NCBI GenBank assembly: GCA_030704615.1
Contig: CM060732.1
Location: 27,528,001 to 27,592,000, forward strand
DNA from: Takakia lepidozioides
Taxonomy: Eukaryota > Plantae > Bryophyta
Direction of reading: 5' to 3'
DNA length: 64,000 bases
The notes below the pieces were generated by a model. It did no database searches. It worked only from the letters and a program-made list of their open reading frames with translations, and was not told the origin of the DNA. Position 1 is the stretch's first letter; each line of letters opens with the position of its first letter. The translations under genes were made by a program, and so were the position numbers. Positions 24,340 to 36,300 of the stretch are shown piece by piece.

Positions 24340-26720
24340 TGGCCCCAAATCGTCGTGTATGAGGTCGCGAATTGAGAGGGGCCCCTTGCAATGTCTTGCA
24401 CCAAATCTGAAACCACCTCTCCTTCAGCAACGGCGTCATAAACTGAAGTCGGAAGCCATTGTTCGAATGAACTTAGAGGCTGCAATTCCATGGGCAAATT
24501 TTGTGAAGAAACATTCCGGCGGCCCGCTCCTCGTCGTGGGCGTCTAGTAACCGGCCTTGGATGGTTCCGCCTCTATGCAAGCGTCTCCTCCTCTCGTTGC
24601 TGAACAAGATTATTGTATATTGCCTCCCACTCATGTATGGATGGGATGTTCTTCAGTATGAAGTCATGCGCTTGCTCAATCACCAAGGTCAGCAATTTTA
24701 CCCTCTTCGATTTTTTGGGCAAAACGATGTTATTGGTTCGTGCATCCTCATCTTCCTTCCACATCCGAGGGGCTTCCTCATCTACCCTTGCCATGTACTC
24801 CGTGCAATAGAACATGGCTTCTTGCAATGTATACCCCTCCGCCATGCTACCCTCCGGGTGCACCATTTGTTTTACAAATCCTTTCAAAGTCTTCATATAA
24901 CACTCAAGGAAGTACATCCACCGAGAATGAACGGGGCCGGCAATCGAAGCCTCTTCCACTAAGTGCACTTGGATGTCAAAGAAGGAAGGAGGAAGGTGTA
25001 TCTCCAACATACACATTACCTCCGCCGCCTCCTTCTTCATACGTGAAAAATCTGCTTCTTCCAACTCTTTGGAGCAAATCCATCGGAACAAGCCTCCCAA
25101 TCTATAGATTGTCTCACAAACCTCGGGAGTCAATATCCCACATATTGCAATGGGCATTCTTGCAATAGATTGTGCTAGTCATGAGACTTCAAACCATGGA
25201 CCCCGTCTTTTTTGTTGAATTTCGTACGGAGGGATGACCCATAACCAGTTGGTGTTCGGACAACACTTATGGTGGCTATCACTTTCTTGTATTCCTCCTT
25301 TGTCCATTGCCAATGTGCACACCTATACTTCCACCGTACAACACCCTTTGGGTCCACACCATTTTGTTCGGCCCATAGATGGCGCATGCGAACCTGCTCC
25401 TCAAGCTTTCTAACACCGAGAGAATCTCCTTTTGCAGCCATTCCCTTCTTTGTCGGTGTGCCATGAAGAACCCGAAAAAAGGACGAGCAGACATTCTTCT
25501 CAATATGCATGGGATCTAGAAGATGGCGAATCTTCAGGTCCTACATATATCCTCATCCACAAAGACTTACACAATTTTTTTTACGTGAAAGTGACAATGC
25601 AACGCATACCAAATGTGCAATATCACATGCATGCATAGGGATATTGACGGTGTTTTTGTGGAATATGTACCACCCAATATGGCAACTCGTAGAAAATTGA
25701 AAGTCGTTTCATGTCGGGCATGACCACTTCACTGTCCGTGCCCACATGGGCCTCTTTCCATCGGTCCTCCCAAAACTGCCCGGACGGTGTCAAAGGGGGG
25801 GGGGACGTACTTCCTCTCTGCCATCAAACAAGTGTTTCTCTCTTATTCTCCATCGATGGCTCATAGAAAGAAATTTGCAGTAGTTGGGATACACCATCTT
25901 GTGAAGATGGCGGGAGCTATGTGCATCAAGATCATCGCCACAATGCAAGCATGCATGGTACCATTTGGTGCTTAGCCCCGAGCACACAGTTAGTCATGTA
26001 CTACACATCCCGCCACATTAGCAAAAACAAAAAGTTGTCATGTGCATGGCTCATAATGCCATCTACCCCACTACGGTGCACAAGACTGTCGCCGCTACTT
26101 CAATCAATCCCAATCCTCATCAATATTATCTGGCATTGACAAGTGAATATATGCGGGTTGTTCATGGGGAACATTATATACATGGATAATCATGCATTGT
26201 CCAAAGCAAGATGCCTCTCATCTGAAAAGATTGTCCGGCCATAAGGTCAAGTGAAGCATCCAATGCCGGGACCCCCCTCCATAGATCCTTAAGTTCATCA
26301 ACAAGAGGTCGCAAGTACGTGTCCATGTTTGCCACTTGTTTTTTCCCTATGAGACATTCACATCATTGTTTCAATGTTCCACCAATATGCACATTATACC
26401 ACAAAATGAATTACACGTCTTACTCCATGATTATGTCACTCATCAATCTTGCATCCGAATTGCGTCAGAGATCAGAAGTTTAATGTTAAGTCTAAGGCAA
26501 TAATAAACATGAAATGAGTACACTCACCTGGCACAATGGTAGCCAACATGATATGGCCTTTTTTAATTAAAAGATACGGAGGGATGTTATAATTCACCAT
26601 GGTCACCGGCCAAGTGGAATGACTACATGACTGGACAAAGAATGGGTTGACCCCATCCGAGGAGAAGCCGAGGTGGACATGTCGTGGGTCCTCCAAGAGA
26701 AAAGGCCAGATGTGGTATCA
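24340..26720 (-). pseudogene. CACTA (En/Spm) transposase remnant (Transposase_21 and DUF4218 regions)
   Basis: Motifs DPRHVHLGFSSDGVNPF, STWPV, MDTYLRPLVDEL, MHIEKNVC, GLKSHD, PPSFFDIQVHL, GPVHSRWMY and PEGSMAEGY. Intron at 26347-26527. The N-terminus is missing and the C-terminus is cut by the hAT. Confidence 0.92.
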
Positions 26721-26859
26721 AGAGAATTATCAAAATAAATGCCACAATCTACAAAAAGGTCCACAACAACAAGCTAAACCATAAAGAAAAACAAACACCT
26801 TACCCCAGTACCATATGAAAAAAAAAAAAAAACTAAGAACCCCTAAAGGCACTAAACCT

Positions 26860-27476
26860 AAACCTAGAAAGCCCTGCCGTCGTTGCCTGCGACCCCCACG
26901 CGTCGCCACCTGCGACGCGGTTTTTAGGATTTATGAGGCCAGGGGTCGCAAACGGCGACGGCCAACCCTCGCCAACTGAAACCTGTTTTTGGAATGGATT
27001 TATGAGGCCGGGGGTCGCAAACGGCGACGCCAGCCGTCGCAAACTGTGACCTGTTTTTTTGTTTTGCAAAAATAGGGCAACCGGGCAGTTTGCGACGCCC
27101 GGCCGTCGCAGGGGCCTTTTGCCCTTCATGCCACCATGCGACGGACTGGCGTCGCAAGAAAGGGCTACGATGAAAGAAAAGGCAAGACAGGGGTTTTTTT
27201 TTCGGCGTGCGACGACCGGCCGTCGCCTGAAAAGGCTGCCTTCTGCCTTTCGCTGGGGGGCGACGCTTGGGCGTCGCACGGAAGGGCTGTCTTTTGCCCT
27301 TCATCAACCCGTGCGACGGCCAGGCGTCGCCGCTTGGCCTCGGCGGCAAGTGGCGACCCACGGGGTTTGGCTGCGACGGCCCGGCGTCGCAAACACGCTC
27401 CGCGGGGTTGGCGTCGCACACTCGGCGGGGCGTGGGGGCGCGGCTGGCGTCGCAAACCCCCCCATTTGCTGTAGTG
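26860..27476. mobile_element. CACTA terminus with subterminal repeats (right)
   Basis: Ends ...CCCCCCCATTTGCTGTAGTG (reverse complement CACTACAGCAAATGGGG). Dense GCGACG(C/G)C / GCGTCGC repeats. Confidence 0.85.
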
Positions 27477-29145
27477 AAAATGACCTCCAGCCACTCCTTT
27501 ATGAACTTCTTCCAGAACTTTATTTACTTCATGGTGGTACAAGCATCGTTTAAGAACTCCATCAGGTCCAAGCTTATACAATCTGCCACCTATTATAGTG
27601 TAAGGTAAAGCCCTGATGGCTATTCTCTTTCTCTGTTCCTTCCCATAATTGGGTGGGCACTGACCATGAATAAGGTAGTATCTGATTGGCCACTGCCAAT
27701 CTAACCATTCATCTGCACTTCCTTGCACCTCCACTACAAATAAACTCACATCAGGTAGTTGGCCGTCTACTCCCGTGGCGGGCTCTCCTGTTGATAGGCA
27801 TGACAAGTGATTTGCTACAAGATGCAAACGGCCAAGCTTGTAAACAACTTCGAATTCAAACTCGTACAAGATTATTAACCATCTTGCTATCCTGCCACTT
27901 ATCAAAGGCTTGTTCACCAGATAAATCAAAGCCTGATGATCCACATAAAACATAAACTTCCTTCCCAATAGGTAATGCCTGAATTTCCTGACTGCATAAA
28001 TCATTGCCAATGCTTCTCTTTCAATGGTGCTATAGTTCCTTTTAGCACTGTTCAACAACCAGCTAGCATAGTACAGAGGTGAATCTATGTTTCATGTGAT
28101 ATTTTGGGCTAACACAGCTCCCAATGCTTCTCTTGAGGCATCACAGTGTACATTAAATACTACATGCCAGTGAGGGTTAATCAACACAGGTGTAGTTGAT
28201 ACTCACAATGTAAGTGCCTCAAATGCGTGTTGGCATTCAGCTGTCCATGCAAACACTGCATCCTTCTTCAAAAGCTTGCTCAAAGGTGCTGCCGTCTGTA
28301 CATACCGTCTGACAAACCTTTTGTAGTAATTGGTTTGTCCAAGCAATCTCTTTAGACTTTTAACATTTCCTGGTGGTGGAGATGCTTTAATGGCCTCTGT
28401 CTTTCTGGGATCCACAAGCAGTCCTCTCTTATACACAATGTGTTCCAGAAGTACCCCTGAATTCACACAGAAAGTACACTTTTCTAGATTCAACCCAAGC
28501 TCTCTCATCCTACATCGGGCCAAACATAATTCCAACTTCTGCAAGTGCTCATTCTTAGAGCTGTACACACTGAAGTTATCTAAGAACACTTGCATGAAAT
28601 CATCCAAATACTCATAGAATGATTCACTTATCACTCTTTGAAAAGTTGCTGGTGCATTACAAAGTCCAAAAGGCATGACTTTGTATGCATAAGCACCCCA
28701 ATCTGTGATAAAAGCTGTTTTTCCCTAGTCTTCTTGTTCCACTTGCACTTGGTTATACCCACTGAAGCCATCCTTGAATGAGTACATCTCATGGCCTGCC
28801 AGAGTGTTCAGTACAACTTCTGTGAACGGTAAAGGAAATGGATCTTTCTTTGTACAAGCATTCAACTTCTTATAGTTCACACAGACTCTCAGTTTGCCAT
28901 TCTTCTTGGGAACTATCACAATGGGTGCCAACCAAGTTGTATACTCTATTGGGTATATGAACTTAGCCTCAGCCAGCTTCCTGATCTCTTCCCCAACTTT
29001 CTGTGCATAGTTGGGATTCATCCTTACCTCGCCTGTTTAATTGGCACTTGACCCTGGTTCCAATTCAATCTTATGCTGACAAATCTCAGGTGGTATCCCT
29101 TTCAGATCCTCATAGCTCCAAGCAAATACATCTTGGTAATTTTGC
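27477..29145 (-). pseudogene. Gypsy pol fragment (RT, RNase H, start of integrase), same family as the element at 43045-55181
   Basis: KDPFPLPF, FKDGFSGYNQ, MPFGLCNAPATFQR and RNYSTIEREALA, nearly identical in peptide to 47320-48545. Cut at the CACTA end. Confidence 0.92.
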
Positions 29146-29499
29146 ACATAAAAACAGGTTGATTTGTTCTAGTCCATAGCTCTTATGTTTTGGGTTTTTG
29201 AGGTGTCGTCTTTCACTAAAAATACATACAAACCTATAATCTAGAGGTGCCAGGTGGTATATGGACAAGTGATTGTAAACCTAGATTTTGACGTCTAAAT
29301 ATTTTTTCAAATTAAAGATTAAAATATCTAGTAAAGAATGTTTCCAATATTTGAGGAGAGACTCTTTACTAAAAATGTTATGTATACTACTATCTATCTT
29401 TAAAAAATAAATTGAAAGCAATAGACTCAACAAAGAAAAAAAAAAGAAAAAAAAAATCCATGGACTTCCAGTGGACTCAACATGTGCCGCTTTTGATCC

Positions 29500-32400
29500 A
29501 CCCAATCCTACAACTGCCCATCATCAAACTCTATCGTTTTAACCAATGGTCTAGTATGGAACTTAGCCTACACAAATGTGGTATCACTGCAGCAACACAC
29601 CAAAGCCGGCTCACCAAAACTGCTATCGCCTCCCACTGCAAACTCTATGTACATTACCAAAACAAACCTCCCCCCTTCTTGGGACCTGATGAACCATACA
29701 CCTACTTAGGCATTCAACTGGTCCCATCCCTCACCTAGAATATCCAAAAGGAGTCCACCTCATCCAAACTAGCCAATAAAAGCTTGTCTCTCCTCAAATC
29801 CCCAATTGCCATTCGCCTTAAATTAGCCATCATACAATCAGTACTAAAAACCCAAGTTCAATATTCTTTATATGCTGCCCCTTTCTCTCTCCCGGACATT
29901 AAAAAACTTGATAGGATGAAACGTGTGTGTGGTCTGGTCTACCTATTAGCACCCCCAGTGCCCTTACCCAACTCCCAACCGACAGCTACGGAATTGGCTC
30001 AAGTCCCCTAATCATCTCATACGCCCGCACCTTAGGCACACAACTAACCGAGGCCCTTAATGACCCCGGTCGCTTGGGACTTATCTACCAAGGCCTCCTT
30101 AAATTTATTGCTTTAAAATACAATGGCCTCTACTCTCTCCCATCATTGCACCCCCAAGCCTGCCTGCACTCTCCCACCGCACGCACACTGCTTATACTCC
30201 GCCAAATAAAAATTAGCATACAAACGACATACCACACTATCCTAATACCTCTTCACCACTAGAATTCGCATGGCTCACCAGCCCCTTCCTCTCCCAATTC
30301 AAAACTTCTCATCCCAAACAAAAAACACCATCCTTACCTACTTTAAAGAATGACATATTACCACCCTCACCCAACTCACCACTGCCATGGGGCATAGACT
30401 CCTGACACCAACCGAATTTACTCTTAAACACTCCAGAGCTACGATCAAAACTAGTCGATACTTGCACCATCTCCGCGCCCTATTCTGCCACCCCTCAGCA
30501 TCATGTACTCTTGAATGTGAGATCCCCTGTTTACACTTCCCCCATACTCCCCAATACTTGCTACCCAAATACAGATCCACCCCGGCTACCTCCATTCTCC
30601 AAAAGCTTAAAACATCATACAACAGTAATAACACCACAAACCCAGACCCCAACCCTCCCTCCTCACCACCCCCTACTCAAAATAACGCACTAGACCACGA
30701 CTCCCCCCAACCCTCTCTAACCCCCTCCAACGATCTGCCCGATACCCCCATCTTTTCCCAATCAACCCCATCTACGTTACCCCCAACCTCACCCAGTAAC
30801 CCGGATAATCCCAATGCCTTCGTCATTGAAGCTATTGTTGGAATTAAAACCCAAACGTCATTAGACTCCTTTGGAGCCACCTATGTTGATACTTTTTATT
30901 ATTGTAAATGGGCTGGCTACCCATCAGATGCCAACACATGGCAAATTGAGGACGACCTCTTTGGCCCACACGATGATTGCGACCCTGATCACAATCTTAC
31001 CCTCCTCACTACCTTTCACAAACGCACCAATACTAACTACCTAACTCATATCCATCAACAGCACGCCTCCCTCACCCAACCTATAGACAACTGATATATA
31101 CACAACTCGATAGCTGCCCCTAACATACGCATCTGCACGACCGAGTGCAACCCCCATAAAGACATAGATCATGATCCTCCTATGATTCATATCGGTCACC
31201 GCCTCTCCAATATCTATGCCCCATACGGTCGCTTCATTGGTCTCATCCCTAATGACAGGCTCACTTGGCTATGGGGTAAGTACTCCACTCACCTCACAAA
31301 CTTGCAAACCCTACAACCCCCTAAACAAGACTTTGCCACCGAAATATATTGGCTTATTGAGCATTATCATAAAGACACCCCCACCAAAAAACCACGTTCT
31401 CTTGCCAGATTAGCCACGGCTTGTGCCCATACCACTATACCCCATGACATCCTAGCACTTCTCATCAAATCCTTCCAACTCACTCACTCATCTACTCAAG
31501 TCCGCTCACATGTCCAATGGAACTACAGTCATTTGCTAGCCCGCACCACAGAGACTACATCTTTGTCGCCATGGGCCCTACCACTCAGCACACCTGGGCT
31601 AGGCTGGGCTGGACCCCCCCCCCCCCCCCCCCGGGTACCCTCGCGCTTGAAGCTCTCCAATGGGCCCGCTTTGCCGCTCAATCATCTCCTCATGCTCTTA
31701 CCATCCTCATACTTACACAACAACAATCACCCAGCGACTCCCACCCTTTTCTACGTCTCCCTGCAGGGGTCAACCTACTAGCCACAATCAACCCAAACCA
31801 GCTCAAATATGTGCATACCCCACCCCTTCCCAAAAACCTCCAATACAAAGAACCAACTCTCACCTTAATCCTATATGTACACCACTCTTCCCCTGCCACT
31901 ATACCAACACCCTTCATGCGCCAACTAAACCAACTACTAACCCGGATGCACAAACTGAAGGCTGTTACCCATTACCCAAACATCCCTCTCCCGCATTCCG
32001 CTTCCTCTAATGACACATCAATTTCATTCCCCATTATCAAACCAAACAAAGCTTGGGTTATGGCAAGACAACACCCTTTTCCGGCCACCCCGCCAATACC
32101 CATACCCCCTATACCCTCATTAACCGCCAAAACATCCCTCTTCAATACCCCCCATCTAGCTCCCATTATGCTGATGGGTCCCTCATGAAACCCAATTCCG
32201 GCTACGGCATATATCACGCAGCCACCAACCAAGGCACTGCCCTCAGGCTCCCTGGCCCTGCCACCATACTGCGTGCAGAACTCATGGCCATATTCGAAGC
32301 ACTTTCCTTACTAGATACCTTCCCGCCCCCATACTATATCTTCACAGATAGCCTCACCTCACTCTTTCTCATTTGGAACCACATCTTCTGCCCCTCCTCC

Positions 32401-33000
32401 CACCATCATCACCCAGACCGCAACCTCATTGCAACCATCGTCAATCTTGCCATCTCCAACAGCCACCCCATCCATTTTCTCAAAGTCCGATCACACACCG
32501 GCATTCAAGGTAATGAGGCGGCATACCTGCTTGCCCAAGAAGGCGCCTCTCTACCTCCAGTAGTTCCCGCGGATGACCCTATTCAAATTGCTCACAACCA
32601 CCCCTTTTGGTTCATTCATCCAATCCCAGACCCCCCCGCACTGCGGCCAATACGTAATCTTATGACCACTCTCATCCGGGAAGCAAACAAATAAGCCGCC
32701 GCCTCTCTAAGCCACACCAAAGTGCACATTCAGAAATGGACTCAGTCTACAGTGCTTCACCACAAGCTATCAAACTATTTTTGGCATACCAAAGCTACCT
32801 GCACTGACGCACAGATCCGGCAAACACTCAAATTCCGATATGCCCAATACATGGGTCACCAGTGTAAACATATCTCTTGGCCATGCCTCTTCCCATCACC
32901 ATATTGCCCATTATGCTCACACACCCATCATGAGCGCGACACCTGGCCACACCTACTTAGCCAATGTACCCACCCGATTATCCATGGTCTCCATACAGCG
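29500..33000 (+). mobile_element. Non-LTR retrotransposon internal fragment: RT C-terminus, chromodomain, MTase-like segment, RNase H, CCHC
   Basis: RT end KLYRFNQWSSMELSLHKC...YTYLGI; chromodomain 30819-30959; RNase H (ADGS, RAELMAI, FTDSL, KVRSHTGIQGNE); CPLC..HLLSQC. Truncated at 33000, just before the RHN motif. Homologous to bases 1-205. Confidence 0.88.
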
Positions 33001-33383
33001 TAGCTACGGCGTGAGCCCAGCCCCGTGAGCCTGGGAGCTGAGCTCACGCTTCAAGGAAGCGTGAGCGGCACAAATCTGCTGGAGAAGCAGGTCCTATAGG
33101 CGAGGATTGCAAGAAGAGGGCCTATTACCGTGGACAAAACAAAGGGGGCCACCATGCACCATGTCTGCAATGCCTGCACAAAAAGAGGAATATGAAAATA
33201 TGGCAGAATTGAGCTCAGAATGATTGACACACTTTATTTCAATTCACAGATAGACGCTTACAATGAATGGCATGTGCATTTGCCCTGGTTCCGTGAACGT
33301 AATGTATGTGTTTGTCCTAAATGCAAAGTCTTCACACGGTAACCTGGAAACCAGCGTGGGAAGCGGGCATGGCTCGTATGTGT

Positions 33384-36300
33384 TCAAAGAGAATTTGGCG
33401 GAGCCCTACGTGAGGTGTCCCGCTGCAGAAGGGTGATGACTTCTCCGTAGCCTAGTGTGGCTTGGTGAATGAATTGGTCTCTCTTACCGTCGCAACACAT
33501 AATTACAAGGTATATGTAATATTGATGCTTGCAGGGGACCCACTTCCCTCTCATGCCGAGAGCGCCCTCACGCATCGTTACAAAATCCGGACAAGTGCAA
33601 GTAGGGAAATTCCCCACGGTAACCTGATATTCTTTGCCATGAAGAACTGAGCCAATAGACAGCACTGTGTAAATCCGTCCATACCCCGGGGCAGGGACTT
33701 CGGTGATACGAGCCACCCGAGCCTGCAAAATTCTAGCCGATTCCATCTTGCATTCGTGATCTGCACCCGAAGCGACACGGCGCACTGTTTTTCCATCTCT
33801 TTTTGTTGGGTGGGAGTCGGCACCGGGTGGAGGCATTGCCGGAGCATGTGGCACATCTGTGCCGACAGTGCACAAGGGCACCACTCGGGATCGTGCAAGA
33901 CAAAACCCTCCCTCCTCCAGCATGCTTATCTCGGTTGTTGACAGCGACGTCCCAAGTTTCACAGGCCAAATTGCGGGGGGAGGGGGTTTCATTATCACCG
34001 AAGGATGAACTGTTCCCTTGACGCATCGTGCCATATCGTCTGGGCAGAACCAGAACTTGTGGTCCTTTGACTCCCCACTATGATAAGGTCGGAACAACCC
34101 TGTGAATGTTGGAGCTAGAGTCCCCCTGGAGCCTTTGCATATTTTTGATTTGCATTTCTTGAAAGAGGGGGTCCGAATTGCCATGCAAGCAACTCTAGAT
34201 CCTGGTGGGGTGCGTTCTATATGCCACTCACTATCAATGCAATCAGATTCCTGCACCATGGCCACCACCTCCTCCAATGGGATTCCTGCTGCTGTGCTTG
34301 CATGTTCTGCACCTGCTCCACAGGAGGAGGACCCACCTGGGAAAGGGCTGGCACATGACTTAGTCTGCACTGGAGACACCTTTGGCACAGAGAAATTGAC
34401 CATGTCTGGGCGATGGGAATCTCCATTTGACCCTGGAAGAGTGTTCAATTTCCTTTTGCATGATCCAAATCTTTCCTCGCCTTCCAAATGAGGGAGCCTG
34501 GATTGCAAAGGGGAGCCTTCAATGCACCTGTTCAGAGCTCTGGCCATCTTCGATGGGTCTCCGGACCTACTCGCAGCCCTTAGCATCAACAAATCGTACC
34601 GGGGCCCTTGCCTCCACCCCGTCCCATCAGAAAATTGCGGTACCTGGTTTGTTGTGTAAGTGCCCGCACCATGTCATCAGCAGTGGCCACATACAAGTCA
34701 CGACCTGCTTTGGTAGATTGCTGCATCCAGGCGTTATGAACAGTCTCCGCCAAATTACAGGATGGCATGTCGGCCAAGTCCTCCAAGGACATGTCCTGCA
34801 GGAGGCATTGCATGGAAATGTGAGGAAGGAAAGGAAATGGAAGAGGTTCTGCAAGCGACAATCCAAGAACCCCAAATGAAGAGGCACGATGCAAAATTTG
34901 TGATTTTGGGATTCAAGAGGCTTGTAGTGTGAAAAGAAGGGGCGTGAATCCCCTTCTGTATAATTCTAATTGTGCTCCCCTCCATTGATTGCGGAGCAAG
35001 AGGAAAGAAGCGTTCTTTCTAATCTGTCCAACTGTCGTCACTTGGCTGTGGGTTTCCCTCAGCTCCTCCGTGATCAGAGTTCAAGCAATCCTCATCCACG
35101 CCGCAGCGGAAGGGAAGACATGGATGGGGAGTCAATTTGTTGTTCACTCTTGGTTCTACCTTTTACACAACATCCCCTATCAGCAGGTACAGCACCAGCT
35201 ATGCTGGTGCGATGTATTCAGTGATGCAAATCAGCCCAATGGCAGCGGTAAACACGATCCTTTATGTGAAGCCCACTTGAGCAGTGATAGGTCGGAAATC
35301 CCCTTTTTGTAGTGGTGACACAGATTTAGGAGGAGGCAGCTCAGATCTTCATGGTCTGCAGGGGCACTGGTTTCTTTCAGGTTTCAGGTTTTCTTCATCT
35401 CATCTCCCCAAATTGGCCAACCCCCCCAACAGCCCTTTTGAATTGCAGCTCTCTCCTTACCCAAATCCCATTTTTCACTCTCTCTCTTTCTTTTCCCTTT
35501 TTGTCTGTTTCACTATCTCTGTCTATGTCCCCAGGTTCCCCACTATTTCACAGCAGCAGATCTGTCATGTAATGTGAATGCACACGCTGCTAGGCATCCA
35601 GTGCGGCCAGCCTTGAAGTCATCCTCGGTCTCTCAAGACACAACCATCCCATCCATCAGTCTCTCTCTCTTTTCCTTTTTCCAATGACCCATCGCTCAAA
35701 CAGCTCTCATCTCTTTTGTCAGACTTCAACCCAAATACCCCAACATCCCTCTTTTCCCTTCAACTGTGGAACGCAGTTGTTCAGATCCTGATCCCATAGT
35801 GAAATCACCTTATCCTTTCCATGTTTTTTTGCAACTCCAGCTAACCATCATTGATCTCTCCAAACAAACAAGCCAGATCTACATTGGTTCCAGGTTATCA
35901 CTACACACGGCAGCATGGTGTCCAGGTTTATGACACTGAATCAGAATGCAAGAATGAAGACAACAGTGACCATTCTGAATTCAGTGACGAACAGGCTCTC
36001 TCTTTCTCTCTCTCTTCACTTATTTCTCTCAGTGTCATCACAACATCAGGTGCATCCATCCTTTCCACGTTCTGGTCTGAAGTCCAGAGTCTCCATTCCC
36101 ATTTCAAAAACATTTTCTTGTCACATGTCTCTACCTTTTCTCTTCTGCCAAGATGGCAGTCCTAAATCTACCAAAGCAATTTCTAAGTCCACCCAAAAAG
36201 AAGCCTCTGTTCATCGACTTATCTGTTTTTATCCACTAGTGAAGCGGCGGGTCTGCCTGTCAAGGTGGCACCTTGCCATCGCCCGTCAGCAGCCACTTCA

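Larger units (their letters stand above)
10850..24340 (+). mobile_element. hAT DNA transposon interrupted by a chromovirus; ends approximate
   Basis: Transposase remnant flanked on both sides by the same palindromic subterminal motif. Candidate termini are GGGGAATATTCT (~10851) and AGAATATTCACCCTG (~24321-24335). The right end abuts CACTA transposase coding sequence. No convincing 8-bp TSD. Confidence 0.75.

Noticed and set aside
22482-24497. Many short ORFs in repeat arrays (also 11001-11989 and 61402-62443)
   Set aside because: Translations of palindromic repeats with no coding signal.
5127-27476. One intact CACTA element spanning both termini
   Set aside because: The TIRs agree only in CACTAC plus the G-run, the flanks differ (TGC vs AAA), and the flanking sequences are unrelated. 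The ends are reported separately.
27165-28058. 297-aa ORF as a novel fusion protein
   Set aside because: Gypsy pol frame running by chance into GC-rich CACTA subterminal repeats.
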